Made by a program: the position numbers and the translations under genes. This document shows, one piece after another, positions 34,297-43,091 of a stretch of DNA of 64,000 bases. The notes beneath the pieces are model-generated. The model was not told the DNA's origin and made no database searches. It saw only the letters and a list, made by a program, of their open reading frames with translations. This DNA is from Bacteroidia bacterium (GTDB lineage: Bacteria; Bacteroidota; Bacteroidia; Chitinophagales; UBA2359), in assembly GCA_030427245.1 (NCBI GenBank), contig JAUHXA010000001.1, positions 91,899-155,898 on the forward strand. The letters are read 5' to 3'. Each line of letters starts with the position of its first letter. Positions within the stretch are counted from its first letter, which is position 1.

Positions 34297-35907
34297 CTAC
34301 TTAAAACTTTCCTCATATCTTGATTTGCTGGCAGCAACACAAGGAGCAGGGGCATTCAAGACTTTCTTAGTTGCAGCTAGTGCTGTTTGAATAGCCCCTT
34401 GAATACAGCCATGAATAATGCCTAAATGTTCTCCTGCAAAAAAAACTCTTGGTGCTTCTTTAGGAAAGGGCTCCGTTAAAACTTTCTGGTATCTTTGATG
34501 TTCTCCTGGTCCAAAAAAGGCATGTGCCCCATAGCCAGGATTGGTCTGAGTATCCCAAGCTATTGAAACAGTTCCTTCCACATATTTTTCTATCGTAGGG
34601 TGAATTAGTTTTAATTCGTTCAGAATGAGTTCAACGCGCTCGCTTTCAGATAAAGTAGCAAATCGCAAAGCATTGTCTCCCCAAGCATAAGAAGCTAATA
34701 AAACCCCAGGCGAATGAGACCGTTCCTTATCTTTAACCTGTAGTTTTACCTTCGCTATTTCTGGAACAGCATATCCATTTCTTGAAGGAACATATTGTCT
34801 GTTTTTGGAAAGAGCAACATTATCAGAAGGATACCAACACTGTTGGAAAGATAAGTCTGAAAAAGAACCCCCGCCATAAATATGGTCATCAAATTCCCAC
34901 GGACGTTTTTTAACATGAAAAAACATTTTACTCGCATTTTCATAAGTAACTCCTCTAATCGCTTCTAATTTTCGAGAGGGAAGTGACGGTTGAAAATCCA
35001 TTTTCATCAAAGCGGGTAGAGGCACCGTCACAATGGCATAATCAAATACTGCTTGTTTATTGATGATACCTAATTGCTTCCAGAATAGTTTAGTTTTATT
35101 ACCTTCTACTTGTATTTTCTGTATTTTAGCATTACAAACAATATGGTTTTTTAAGCCTTTTACAAAGGCCTGAATAAGTGTCTCCATGCCTCCTACGATT
35201 TCCACTTTATCTCCATGAAGTACAGAAAAATGATCTAATATAATCGTCAAAAAGGACGCTTTCTTTTGATGCAACATACTAGTGGCAGCAGAAACATAAT
35301 CAATAGCTTCATCCGAAAGATGGGCGTGTAGTACCTGCCAAAGTGTTTGTTCTTCAAAACTTTTTAAAAGTGGGTTGCTAAAATCGGAGGCAAAAATTTG
35401 CCATTTTTCTTTATCTGATAAGCCGTCAATTGCTTTTTGTAAAATTTGGTCATAAAGTGCTATAGGCGATTTTTGTTCATGTATAGGAAGGTTAAATGCT
35501 GAGAGCAGTCGTTTCCAATGGCCAATACGTGTTTTGATGCCTCGGGCATAACAATATGCATTTTCATTATGGTTAATAAAAGGACGAGTTTTTAACCCAA
35601 ATTGCTCAATATAGTGTAAAACCATCTGATGATTAACAGGTATCCGCATTGCTCCTAATTCTCCATAGGTGCCATCACTAAAAAAATGAGTGTGAATTCT
35701 TCCACCAATTCGATTAGAGGCTTCAAAAATCTGAACCTCATGGCCTAGTTTTTTGAGTTCATAAGCTGCCACAAGCCCTGCTATACCTGCTCCCACAATA
35801 GCTACTTTTTTTCTTGGTTGATTGTTATCGTATTGAGCGATATTTTTAGGAAATGCAAAGAGGTGCTCAAAAGAGAATGATTTTCGTCCTATTTTATTAC
35901 TGTACAT
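34297..35907 (-). CDS. FAD-dependent amine oxidase / L-amino-acid oxidase family
   Basis: KVAIVGAGIAGLVAAYELKKLGHEVQIFEASNRIGGRI (dinucleotide-binding plus GG motif). The C-terminal FFAGEH is typical of flavin amine oxidases. Confidence 0.8.
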   Translation of the reverse strand: MYSNKIGRKSFSFEHLFAFPKNIAQYDNNQPRKKVAIVGAGIAGLVAAYELKKLGHEVQIFEASNRIGGRIHTHFFSDGTYGELGAMRIPVNHQMVLHYIEQFGLKTRPFINHNENAYCYARGIKTRIGHWKRLLSAFNLPIHEQKSPIALYDQILQKAIDGLSDKEKWQIFASDFSNPLLKSFEEQTLWQVLHAHLSDEAIDYVSAATSMLHQKKASFLTIILDHFSVLHGDKVEIVGGMETLIQAFVKGLKNHIVCNAKIQKIQVEGNKTKLFWKQLGIINKQAVFDYAIVTVPLPALMKMDFQPSLPSRKLEAIRGVTYENASKMFFHVKKRPWEFDDHIYGGGSFSDLSFQQCWYPSDNVALSKNRQYVPSRNGYAVPEIAKVKLQVKDKERSHSPGVLLASYAWGDNALRFATLSESERVELILNELKLIHPTIEKYVEGTVSIAWDTQTNPGYGAHAFFGPGEHQRYQKVLTEPFPKEAPRVFFAGEHLGIIHGCIQGAIQTALAATKKVLNAPAPCVAASKSRYEESFK

Positions 35908-36084
35908 TTCATTTGTTTAAGATTTACAATTAATTGGAAATTAATATCAAAATATCAATCATTTCCCTTTGTGTCTAAAACTTAGTCATGGGTCTATATA
36001 GAAAACAAAAAAAGTTTAGTCATTTCCGCACTCCGTTCTACCATTTGCTCACTATGACACAACTTGGTCTTATGATTACGCTTC

Positions 36085-36954
36085 TTACTCCTCTTTCTTT
36101 TCAAGCAATGTAGAGTCCACTTCTGTCGAAATATTTTGAAGCAGCGAGTCCACCCCTAAGTTATGTGATAAAGAATCTATTCCTGCCGAAACGTCTTGAA
36201 TCAGTGAGTCAATGCCAAGTGCCTGTTCTGCAGAATAAAGCACCTCTCCGCTTTCTGAGACAACCTCTTCCATAGCTTTATTTACTTTTGCAGGAAAGAG
36301 ACTTTCCCTAAAAAACCATCCACCGAACAACACAACACCTATCGCAAGAATTGAAATCATCCATTTGCGCCTACGCTTATTACGTTTGGCCTTAGTAATA
36401 TTCTTTTGTTGTTTTTGTAATTTATCCAAAGAATCTTGTAGTACCTTCAATTCTTGACTTAAGGCTACTCGCTTTTCTATAAGTTGGGCTGCCGTTGCAT
36501 TTTTATAGCTTTCAATTTCTTTTTTCTTATAGTAATTCTGAAAAGCAATTTGCCAGTCTTCCGCTTTGAAATCAGTAAAGTTGCCGCCTTTAGAAAAATG
36601 ATTGCTAAAAACCTGTCCCAAAGCATAAGTCGTTCCTACCCCAACTGTTGAAACAGCTGCTCCACCCAATGCACTTCCCAATCCAGGAATAAACTTAACT
36701 GCCCCTATTGTTCCCAAACTTCCTGTGAGTGAGCCGATAAGCGTTTTTACCACCTGTTTTTTAAAAGGAATGCCATAAATTTTGGAAATGCTTCTAATCA
36801 TAATCATTTGAGCACCCAAAATGAGAGAGGCATCTAATAAGGGAATCGGTATAAGCCCAATTCCAGCCACATAAAAACAAGTATGGGTAATGACTCTATC
36901 CGTCTCTTGCCTCAACATAGGAATGGGGTATTCCATTTTATTCTTTTTATCCAC
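36085..36954 (-). CDS. Membrane protein, DUF697/YcjF-like core, paralog A, with C-terminal coiled coil and TM
   Basis: 289 aa. The core ...GIGLIPIPLLDASLILGAQMIMIRSISKIYGIPFKK...GAVKFIPGLGSALGGAAVS...ALGQVF is shared with 37136-38002 and 38244-38939. Confidence 0.6.
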   Translation of the reverse strand: MDKKNKMEYPIPMLRQETDRVITHTCFYVAGIGLIPIPLLDASLILGAQMIMIRSISKIYGIPFKKQVVKTLIGSLTGSLGTIGAVKFIPGLGSALGGAAVSTVGVGTTYALGQVFSNHFSKGGNFTDFKAEDWQIAFQNYYKKKEIESYKNATAAQLIEKRVALSQELKVLQDSLDKLQKQQKNITKAKRNKRRRKWMISILAIGVVLFGGWFFRESLFPAKVNKAMEEVVSESGEVLYSAEQALGIDSLIQDVSAGIDSLSHNLGVDSLLQNISTEVDSTLLEKKEE

Positions 36955-36964
36955 TTAACTAAGA

Positions 36965-37132
36965 TTAATTGCTTCTAAAAATTACAATAAAAAAAGCGGG
37001 TATAAATGGCGTAAGCAAAATACTTAGAAAGAACACCCCCCAGAAACCAATAGCGGTTTTTCTACCACCTATTGCCACCAATATGCAAAAGAAAAAATAG
37101 GCACCAATAAAAAAGGTCAATTTAGTAGGCAT
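36965..37132 (-). CDS. Small two-TM membrane ORF (55 aa)
   Basis: MPTKLTFFIGAYFFFCILVAIGGRKTAIGFWGVFFLSILLTPFIPAFFIVIFRSN. Its ATG lies 4 nt after the stop of the upstream paralog, so it is tightly packed in the operon. It is below the ORF-track size cut-off. Confidence 0.45.
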   Translation of the reverse strand: MPTKLTFFIGAYFFFCILVAIGGRKTAIGFWGVFFLSILLTPFIPAFFIVIFRSN

Positions 37133-37135
37133 AAA

Positions 37136-38002
37136 TTAATTTGATTTTGCGTGTTTTTTATCTGAATATTTCTTGTCTTTTAATTTCTTCTGTAAAATTG
37201 CTAATTCTTTAAACTTACCAGTCGCTATCAAAGCCGCTTGTTCGGGCCAGCTTTCTGGGTCAGCAAGTCTAAAATTACCTTTAGCTTCTTCTAAAATCCC
37301 TTGAATAACCGTAGGTTCAGTATTAGATAATTGATGCCAATTGTGAATGCCAGAAGCGTTCAAAGCAGCCTCAATTTTGGGCCCTACACCATCAATGACT
37401 TTCAAGTCTGTTGAGACGATATCTACTTTCTTCGTAGTTTGCATTCTCTGTTTTTCCACTAATTGATTGGCTTTTTCTTGCAGTTTGTTCAGTGCGGCTC
37501 TGTTTTTTTGACTATCGGCAACCAACTCTTTGAGTGTGTTTACTTGTTTCTTATTTTTCATACCTAAGACATAGTTTTTCCCTTTTTCAAGCTCTTGCTG
37601 AAAATAAGCCCTTGATTTTTCAGGGTCAAAATCGAAAAGCGTTCCTCCCTGATCAAAATGCTGTGTAAAAACTTTTCCCAGCGCATAAGTCGACGCACCT
37701 CCAATAGAAGACACCGTCACACCACCAATAATTTTCCCTACGCCTGGCAAAAATTTGAAACCACTAACTGTTCCAACACTTGCTAAAAAGGCAGCAGATA
37801 ATGAAGTCGCCAAATGGTCTTTAAACGGTGTTTCATACAAATTTGCAAGCTGCTTAATCATTATTAATTGAATACTTGCAATCGTTGCGGAATCAATAAG
37901 AGGTAGTGGAATCCATCCTGCTCCTGCACTAAAAATAGCATATCGCCTAACTAGTTTATCCGCTTCTTTTTTTTTATCTAAAAAAACTGCTTGTGGAAAC
38001 AT
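37136..38002 (-). CDS. Membrane protein, DUF697/YcjF-like core, paralog B, with C-terminal helix-hairpin-helix-like module
   Basis: 288 aa. It has the same core (GAGWIPLPLIDSATIASIQLIMIKQLANLYETPFKD...), then a coiled coil, then LKVIDGVGPKIEAALNASGIHNWHQL (HhH-like). Confidence 0.6.
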   Translation of the reverse strand: MFPQAVFLDKKKEADKLVRRYAIFSAGAGWIPLPLIDSATIASIQLIMIKQLANLYETPFKDHLATSLSAAFLASVGTVSGFKFLPGVGKIIGGVTVSSIGGASTYALGKVFTQHFDQGGTLFDFDPEKSRAYFQQELEKGKNYVLGMKNKKQVNTLKELVADSQKNRAALNKLQEKANQLVEKQRMQTTKKVDIVSTDLKVIDGVGPKIEAALNASGIHNWHQLSNTEPTVIQGILEEAKGNFRLADPESWPEQAALIATGKFKELAILQKKLKDKKYSDKKHAKSN

Positions 38003-38243
38003 ATTTTAAAATTGAATTACAAAAAATAGACTGGTCTCTATTCAACTTAATAACGTCAGGTAATTTGTGGACTGAAGATGCAATAGGTTTTTAAAATCTG
38101 GTACATCTTCAATCCACACAATCACCTCTTAAGCTACTCTCAGGTAGCTTATAGATTAGAACAAATACCAATTGTTTTAATAAGTTAGTAAATCAGAATA
38201 ATTAACTAATCTTCAATCTATTAGGGTTCTTTTCGATAAATTA

Positions 38244-38939
38244 TTACCCTTGATTCTCTTTCAAAGATTCCATCGTCTCCTGAAGTTGTAAAATGGCTAA
38301 TTTTAATTCTTCATTCGTCTTTTGTAATTCTGCCAAAGTAATTATCTCCTCTTCTTTTTCTTCTTTTGGTGCACTTTTCTTAATCCATATATTCCAAATC
38401 TCCTTGAGATTCGGTAATTTTTTTGAGTCCTTTTCTGCCTCTTTCAAATCAGCAACCACCAATTTTCCTTCTTCAAATGCTTTTTGAAAATAAGCCCGAG
38501 AAGTAACGGGATCGAAATCTAAGAGCGTTCCCCCTTGACTGAAATGCTGTTCAAAGACCTTCCCGATAGCAAAAGTCGCTGCACCTGCCACCAAAGAAGT
38601 AGAAAAAGCGCCCACTACACTTCCTACGCCAGGAATAAGCTTGATGCCACCCACTACGCCTAAGTTACCAACAAGTGTGATGATAAAAGATCGAACCATT
38701 TTCTCTTTAAACTCTATGTTATAGACTTTGGACAAATCTCGAATCATCCATATTTGGATGCCAAGAACCAAAGCCGCATCCACCGCAGGAAAAGGAATCA
38801 AACCAATACCCGCTGAATAAAGCGTTCGCCTAAGAATAATCTTGTTAGCTTCTGATCTTGCCAAGCTAGGTGATTTTTCTATTATTTCCTCATTGAGTTG
38901 TTCATTCTCAATTGTAGTGCTTTCTACTGTAGTTGTCAT
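38244..38939 (-). CDS. Membrane protein, DUF697/YcjF-like core, paralog C
   Basis: 231 aa. GIGLIPFPAVDAALVLGIQIWMIRDLSKVYNIEFKE...GGTLLDFDPVTSRAYFQKAFEEGK; this last block is conserved in paralog B. Confidence 0.6.
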   Translation of the reverse strand: MTTTVESTTIENEQLNEEIIEKSPSLARSEANKIILRRTLYSAGIGLIPFPAVDAALVLGIQIWMIRDLSKVYNIEFKEKMVRSFIITLVGNLGVVGGIKLIPGVGSVVGAFSTSLVAGAATFAIGKVFEQHFSQGGTLLDFDPVTSRAYFQKAFEEGKLVVADLKEAEKDSKKLPNLKEIWNIWIKKSAPKEEKEEEIITLAELQKTNEELKLAILQLQETMESLKENQG

Positions 38940-38989
38940 GATAAAATGATTAAAATGAAATAATTATACTTAAATTGAACCTATTTTTT

Positions 38990-39844
38990 TTAATTGCCTC
39001 CCAAAATAATGGGCAAATCCTTGCTGTCCGTACCAATCACAATTACTTTAGCATTAGGTGATTTAGCAAGTTCTTCAGTAGCCTCCAGCCCTCTAAATTT
39101 GAGGTAATCAATCTTGGTCGAATCCTCAAAATTCCGAATACCTTGCCCTTCAAATCTTTTGCGTTGTGCTTCATGCTTCTCTCTTTCCAGAATAAAGGTA
39201 TAGGCTAACATTTTTTGTTCTTCTATCAACTTATTAGCAATTTCTTGCTCCACATCAGGATGAAGAGCGACATTTTTTATGAGCATATCAATTATTTCAA
39301 TAGGATATACACCATGTATTTGAACAGCCACCTCATTGGTCATATCAGCCTGTAATTCATTTCGGCTTGTAGAATATAGCCTATCCACACGATGATGGCT
39401 AATAACATTTCGTGTCACTGCTGCCACTAATGGTTTTAATATCGTAGTTACATATTGAGGCCCCAGTGTTTTATGTAAGACCCCCAAAGAATCTATGTTT
39501 GGACGGTATCGGTAAGACACTTCCACATCTACTGATAGACCATCTTCAGTTAATGCAGTCATTTTATAATCTCCTTCCTGAACACGTGTATTATATGGAA
39601 TTATTACTTGCCACGGAAAAACAATATGAAACCCTTCATCATAGCTTTTTTTGGTATCAGTTCCGTTGTCAAGACGATCAAATAATACCCCTTTATGACC
39701 TGCTTCTACCACAATAAAAACAAACTCTGCGAAGTACAATACAACCGTTGCTGCAACCATTAAACCCATGATAATGTGCATATAGTAGCCATTCTTTTTC
39801 GGCTGTGGTAGTTCTAAATTTTCTTCTAAAAGTTGTTCTTCCAT
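38990..39844 (-). CDS. SPFH/Band-7 (prohibitin/HflC-like) membrane protein
   Basis: An N-terminal TM helix is followed by VVEAGHKGVLFDRL... and a long SPFH body. The first ATG is at 39844; the ORF track uses TTG at 39856. Confidence 0.8.
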   Translation of the reverse strand: MEEQLLEENLELPQPKKNGYYMHIIMGLMVAATVVLYFAEFVFIVVEAGHKGVLFDRLDNGTDTKKSYDEGFHIVFPWQVIIPYNTRVQEGDYKMTALTEDGLSVDVEVSYRYRPNIDSLGVLHKTLGPQYVTTILKPLVAAVTRNVISHHRVDRLYSTSRNELQADMTNEVAVQIHGVYPIEIIDMLIKNVALHPDVEQEIANKLIEEQKMLAYTFILEREKHEAQRKRFEGQGIRNFEDSTKIDYLKFRGLEATEELAKSPNAKVIVIGTDSKDLPIILGGN

Positions 39845-39850
39845 TAATAT

Positions 39851-40356
39851 TTCCAAATCATTTAATACTCTTTTACTATAACGTGTCTAAAAGCCAACAA
39901 AACGTGACCAATTTTGGAATATTTTTTTGAATGGGAGGAAAAACTCAAAATTTTGGGTTCAAATCAATTTGAGACCCTTTTATTATAACGTGTCCAAAAA
40001 CCAACAAAGCGTGACCGATTTTGGAATATTTTTTGAATGGGAGGGAAAAATTAAAATAGTATTTTCAAATCATTTAATGCTCTTTTACTATAACGTGTCC
40101 AAAAACCAACAAAGCGTGACCGATTTTGGAATATTTTTTTGAATGGGAGGGAAAAATTAAAATAGTATTTTCAAATCATTTAATGCTCTTTTACTATAAC
40201 GTGTCCAAAAACCAACAAAGCGTGACCAATCTTGGAATATTTTTTTTGAATGGGAGGGAAAAATTAAAATAGTATTTTCAAATTATTTAATCATCGTTTC
40301 TATTAATAACGTGCCTTGCTTACTCCAAAATGTGACTTGTTTTTTGAAAAAAATCA
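39851..40356 (+). repeat. Tandem array of ~4.7 units of a 105-110-bp repeat, each carrying the bipartite GTG motif
   Basis: The unit reads TTCAAATCATTTAATGCTCTTTTACTATAACGTGTCCAAAAACCAACAAAGCGTGACCGATTTTGGAATATTTTTTGAATGGGAGGGAAAAATTAAAATAGTATT. The first motif cores fall at 39883, 39990, 40095, 40201 and 40311. Confidence 0.9.
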
Positions 40357-40686
40357 AAAACCACAAGCAATTTTTCAACTACTTGTAGTAAAAATTAAGT
40401 CCAGCGCTTAAATCGTTATAAACCCTAATTAGTCCGTTTATTTCGAGTTGTGAGTAGTATTCAAGAATTTTAGTTAAACTAGTAAAGCATTTGCTTCCTA
40501 CTAGTATTTAATCACCCTTTATTTATTGAATAATGTAAACCCCAAAAGTTTCTTATGAGGTGACAATTTGGGGGACTATGATTATAAACTTAATAGGAGA
40601 GGATAAGTGCTGCATCTCATTTAATCATTGTTTCTATTAATGACGTGCCTTGCTTACTGCAAAACGTGACTTGTTTTTTGAAAATA
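40355..40686 (+). repeat. ~330-bp intergenic element, copy B
   Basis: Collinear with 20485-20816. It includes the hairpin ACCACAAG...CTTGTAGT (40360-40389) and the terminal motif TATTAATGACGTGCCTTGCTTACTGCAAAACGTGACTTG. Confidence 0.8.
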
Positions 40687-40792
40687 TCTTAGATTTTTTT
40701 TTCTAAGATATTTTCATTTGCCTCGTAGATGAAAAAAAACAATGATTTTGGACTCTTTTAAGTCCCCATCAAATATGAATATATAACTCCTC

Positions 40793-41746
40793 TTACCAAG
40801 TCTTAGACAATCCATACGTCAAGCCTAAAACCCAATACGTTTGAATGGGATTGTTAGTCAATTCTCTAGCAGAAGCTTCTTGCTTATTGCTTCTCAATCC
40901 AATGTCTAAACCTACTCCAATGCCTTTCACCGCAGTGCTAAAATGATTGACCCAAGTCCAATTGGATAGCTCCTTCAAATCCTTGTAGCTCGCAAAAAGA
41001 GAAAGATTAGATTTCCAAGCAAAGTCTTTATTGAACTGTTTTGTGTAATCCAATATGACTTTTGCGCCCAAAGAAGATTGATAATCAGAATCTTCCTTCG
41101 AAAAAACCCAATTGAAGTTCAAGGAATGGGCAACAGCTCTGAAATTTGGAGAAGGAGTCCAGGTAAACCCACCTCCCCCTATATCCAAATACCCTGGATT
41201 ATTGAAAGTGCCATCCAACAAAGAAGTGCGGTATTCAGCTAAGACGGAAAGAGCAAGCTTTGGAGTTATTTTCCAACCAAACAAAGAAGTCGCATTGAAG
41301 GCATCTGAGGCAACCTCAAAACCAGTCTCGTCTTCCGTATTGTCTTTGTTGTCAAACTTAAGCCATCCTGTATTGTTATTGAAGGCATTTTTCCAAAAAT
41401 ATTTCCTTTGTTCGATTTCTACAAAGCCGTTGACAGTCAATCCAATATTGACCGCTGTGGTATTGGGAGCTTCTTTACCAAGCCAATCAGAGTAGGTAGA
41501 AACATTGAAGCCTCCTGTGCCAAACACACCAAATTTCCATCTCGGAAAGGGCGTAATCTTGTCTTTTAGATTGGCTACTTCTTTTGTCAATGAGTCTGTT
41601 TGTTCAGTTAGGGTTTTTAGTTGAATTTTCAGGCTATCCAATTGTTTGGATTTAGAATCATATTGTTTACTCAATAGGTTTGATTCTTGCGCTCTTAGAC
41701 CGCTAAAGAGGAAAAGGAATAGGATAGAGAATAAAGAATATTTCAT
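40793..41746 (-). CDS. Outer-membrane beta-barrel protein (DUF3078-like) with N-terminal coiled coil
   Basis: The likely start is MKYSLFSILFLFLFSGLRAQ (41746). Alternating beta-strand pattern: ...LSVLAEYRTSL...GGGGFTWTPSPNFRAVAHSLNFNWVFS...WVLGLTYGLSKTW. Confidence 0.65.
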   Translation of the reverse strand: MKYSLFSILFLFLFSGLRAQESNLLSKQYDSKSKQLDSLKIQLKTLTEQTDSLTKEVANLKDKITPFPRWKFGVFGTGGFNVSTYSDWLGKEAPNTTAVNIGLTVNGFVEIEQRKYFWKNAFNNNTGWLKFDNKDNTEDETGFEVASDAFNATSLFGWKITPKLALSVLAEYRTSLLDGTFNNPGYLDIGGGGFTWTPSPNFRAVAHSLNFNWVFSKEDSDYQSSLGAKVILDYTKQFNKDFAWKSNLSLFASYKDLKELSNWTWVNHFSTAVKGIGVGLDIGLRSNKQEASARELTNNPIQTYWVLGLTYGLSKTW

Positions 41747-41917
41747 TTTTACATTTATTGTATGTATTAGTAATTTTAGACTTTGGACGAAAGAAGTAGG
41801 ACGTAAGATGCAAGACATAAAACTATGTAAATCAAACACTTAATCAAATTAATGTCCTGCTCACAAATTGTTCATTATCAAGAATTTGAATCCTGCTTCT
41901 TGCTTCTTTGCTCCTTC

Positions 41918-41959
41918 GTCCAAAGTCCAAAGTCCTTCGTCCAAAGTCCAAAGTCCAAA
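41918..41959. repeat. Heptanucleotide microsatellite (GTCCAAA)x6, one unit GTCCTTC
   Basis: gtccaaa gtccaaa gtccttc gtccaaa gtccaaa gtccaaa. It lies 170-210 nt upstream of the 41746 start codon. Related GACTTTGGACGAA words occur at ~4597 and ~41776. Confidence 0.85.
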
Positions 41960-42190
41960 GTATTGGTTTTTAGAAAAATATTTCTTCCTTTGAAGAATCA
42001 GTACGAAAAGAAAGGAAAAAGCAAAAAAGGTTTGTTCGTAAGACAGTTGTATTTTTAATGGCGCATAAACGAAGCCTCTAAAGAAAATCCTATGTTGTTG
42101 ATAGACATATAAATCGCAAATTTTGTGACAGCTACAAGCTTCCAGCACACACCCATTCATGCCGTAAAAAGTGCAATCAATAAAAGGGCT

Positions 42191-43051
42191 TTATGATACA
42201 GTTATTGCTTGCTTCTTACCAAACTCCCTCATAGCAAATTCCGCAAAACTTGTTGGCTCACTGCCCACTATAGTTTTATAATCATCTGTCACTTCCTCTT
42301 CTGAACCCGCTTTCACCCTGTCGTACAGCCAGATACAGTATTTTGCAGCTTCGGCACTCCACCCTTTTTCCACCATTTTATTGACATAGCCCTCATTCGT
42401 CATATCTCTGTATTGCACGTTTCTACTAGAAGCCTTCCCAATTGCAGCAGCGACCTCATCGAAGTCAATCGCTTTAGAACCTGTCAAAGAATAAATTTTG
42501 CCAACATGTCCATCCGTTGTAAGGATTTCTGCAATGGCAATTCCCAAATCCTTCAAATCAAAATAAGCGACTTTGGCTTTTCCTGTTGGCAGACAAATTT
42601 CATCATCCTCTAAGGTTGTTCCCAACCAAGTGTGAAAATTCTGCATATACCAAGCAGGTCGAATGATGCACACATTCGCATCACTATTCTTCAAATCTTG
42701 TTCAATTTCATAGAGAGGTTTGCCTTTATAAGTCCCTGATGTTCCACCAGACTGAAACAATACAAAATCAACTCCCGCTTTTTGGACTGCTTGCATCAAT
42801 TCTCTGGCGATTGCAGGGTCTTTTTTGGGAGGAGGGGCAATGAAAAACAATTTGTTCACACCCTCCAATGCTGCATCGTAGGTGCTTTTATCCAAATAAT
42901 CGAAGTACGCATAGTCCACGCCTTCACCAAGTTGGGCTTTTGCTTTTTCGATATCTCTTACTGCGGCAGTGGGTTTTACACCCTTTGCCTTCAATGCTTT
43001 GATAGCATTTGAGCCAGCATTACCTGTTGCTCCTATGATTAAAATTTTCAT
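42191..43051 (-). CDS. NmrA-like/atypical SDR NAD(P)-binding protein
   Basis: MKILIIGATGNAGSNAIKAL (start at 43051; the ORF track extends to 43150). Confidence 0.75.
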   Translation of the reverse strand: MKILIIGATGNAGSNAIKALKAKGVKPTAAVRDIEKAKAQLGEGVDYAYFDYLDKSTYDAALEGVNKLFFIAPPPKKDPAIARELMQAVQKAGVDFVLFQSGGTSGTYKGKPLYEIEQDLKNSDANVCIIRPAWYMQNFHTWLGTTLEDDEICLPTGKAKVAYFDLKDLGIAIAEILTTDGHVGKIYSLTGSKAIDFDEVAAAIGKASSRNVQYRDMTNEGYVNKMVEKGWSAEAAKYCIWLYDRVKAGSEEEVTDDYKTIVGSEPTSFAEFAMREFGKKQAITVS

Positions 43052-43091
43052 TTCGTGATTGTTTAATAATAAAAAAATAGATGTGTTTGTT

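Noticed and set aside
39927-40142. 71-aa ORF in the six-frame track
   Set aside because: It is a translation of the tandem repeat: the peptide itself repeats YYNVSKNQQSVTDFGIFF. This is an artefact of the repeat, not a gene.
39851-40356. Possible CRISPR array because of regularly spaced repeats
   Set aside because: Whole ~107-bp units repeat end to end with only point differences. There are no unique spacers, no short palindromic CRISPR-type repeat and no cas genes in the window.
41852-42160. 68-aa and 99-aa ORFs between the OMP and NmrA-like genes
   Set aside because: Both run through the heptamer microsatellite (giving QSPKSFVQSPKSKV-type repeats) and have no other support, so they are likely non-coding.
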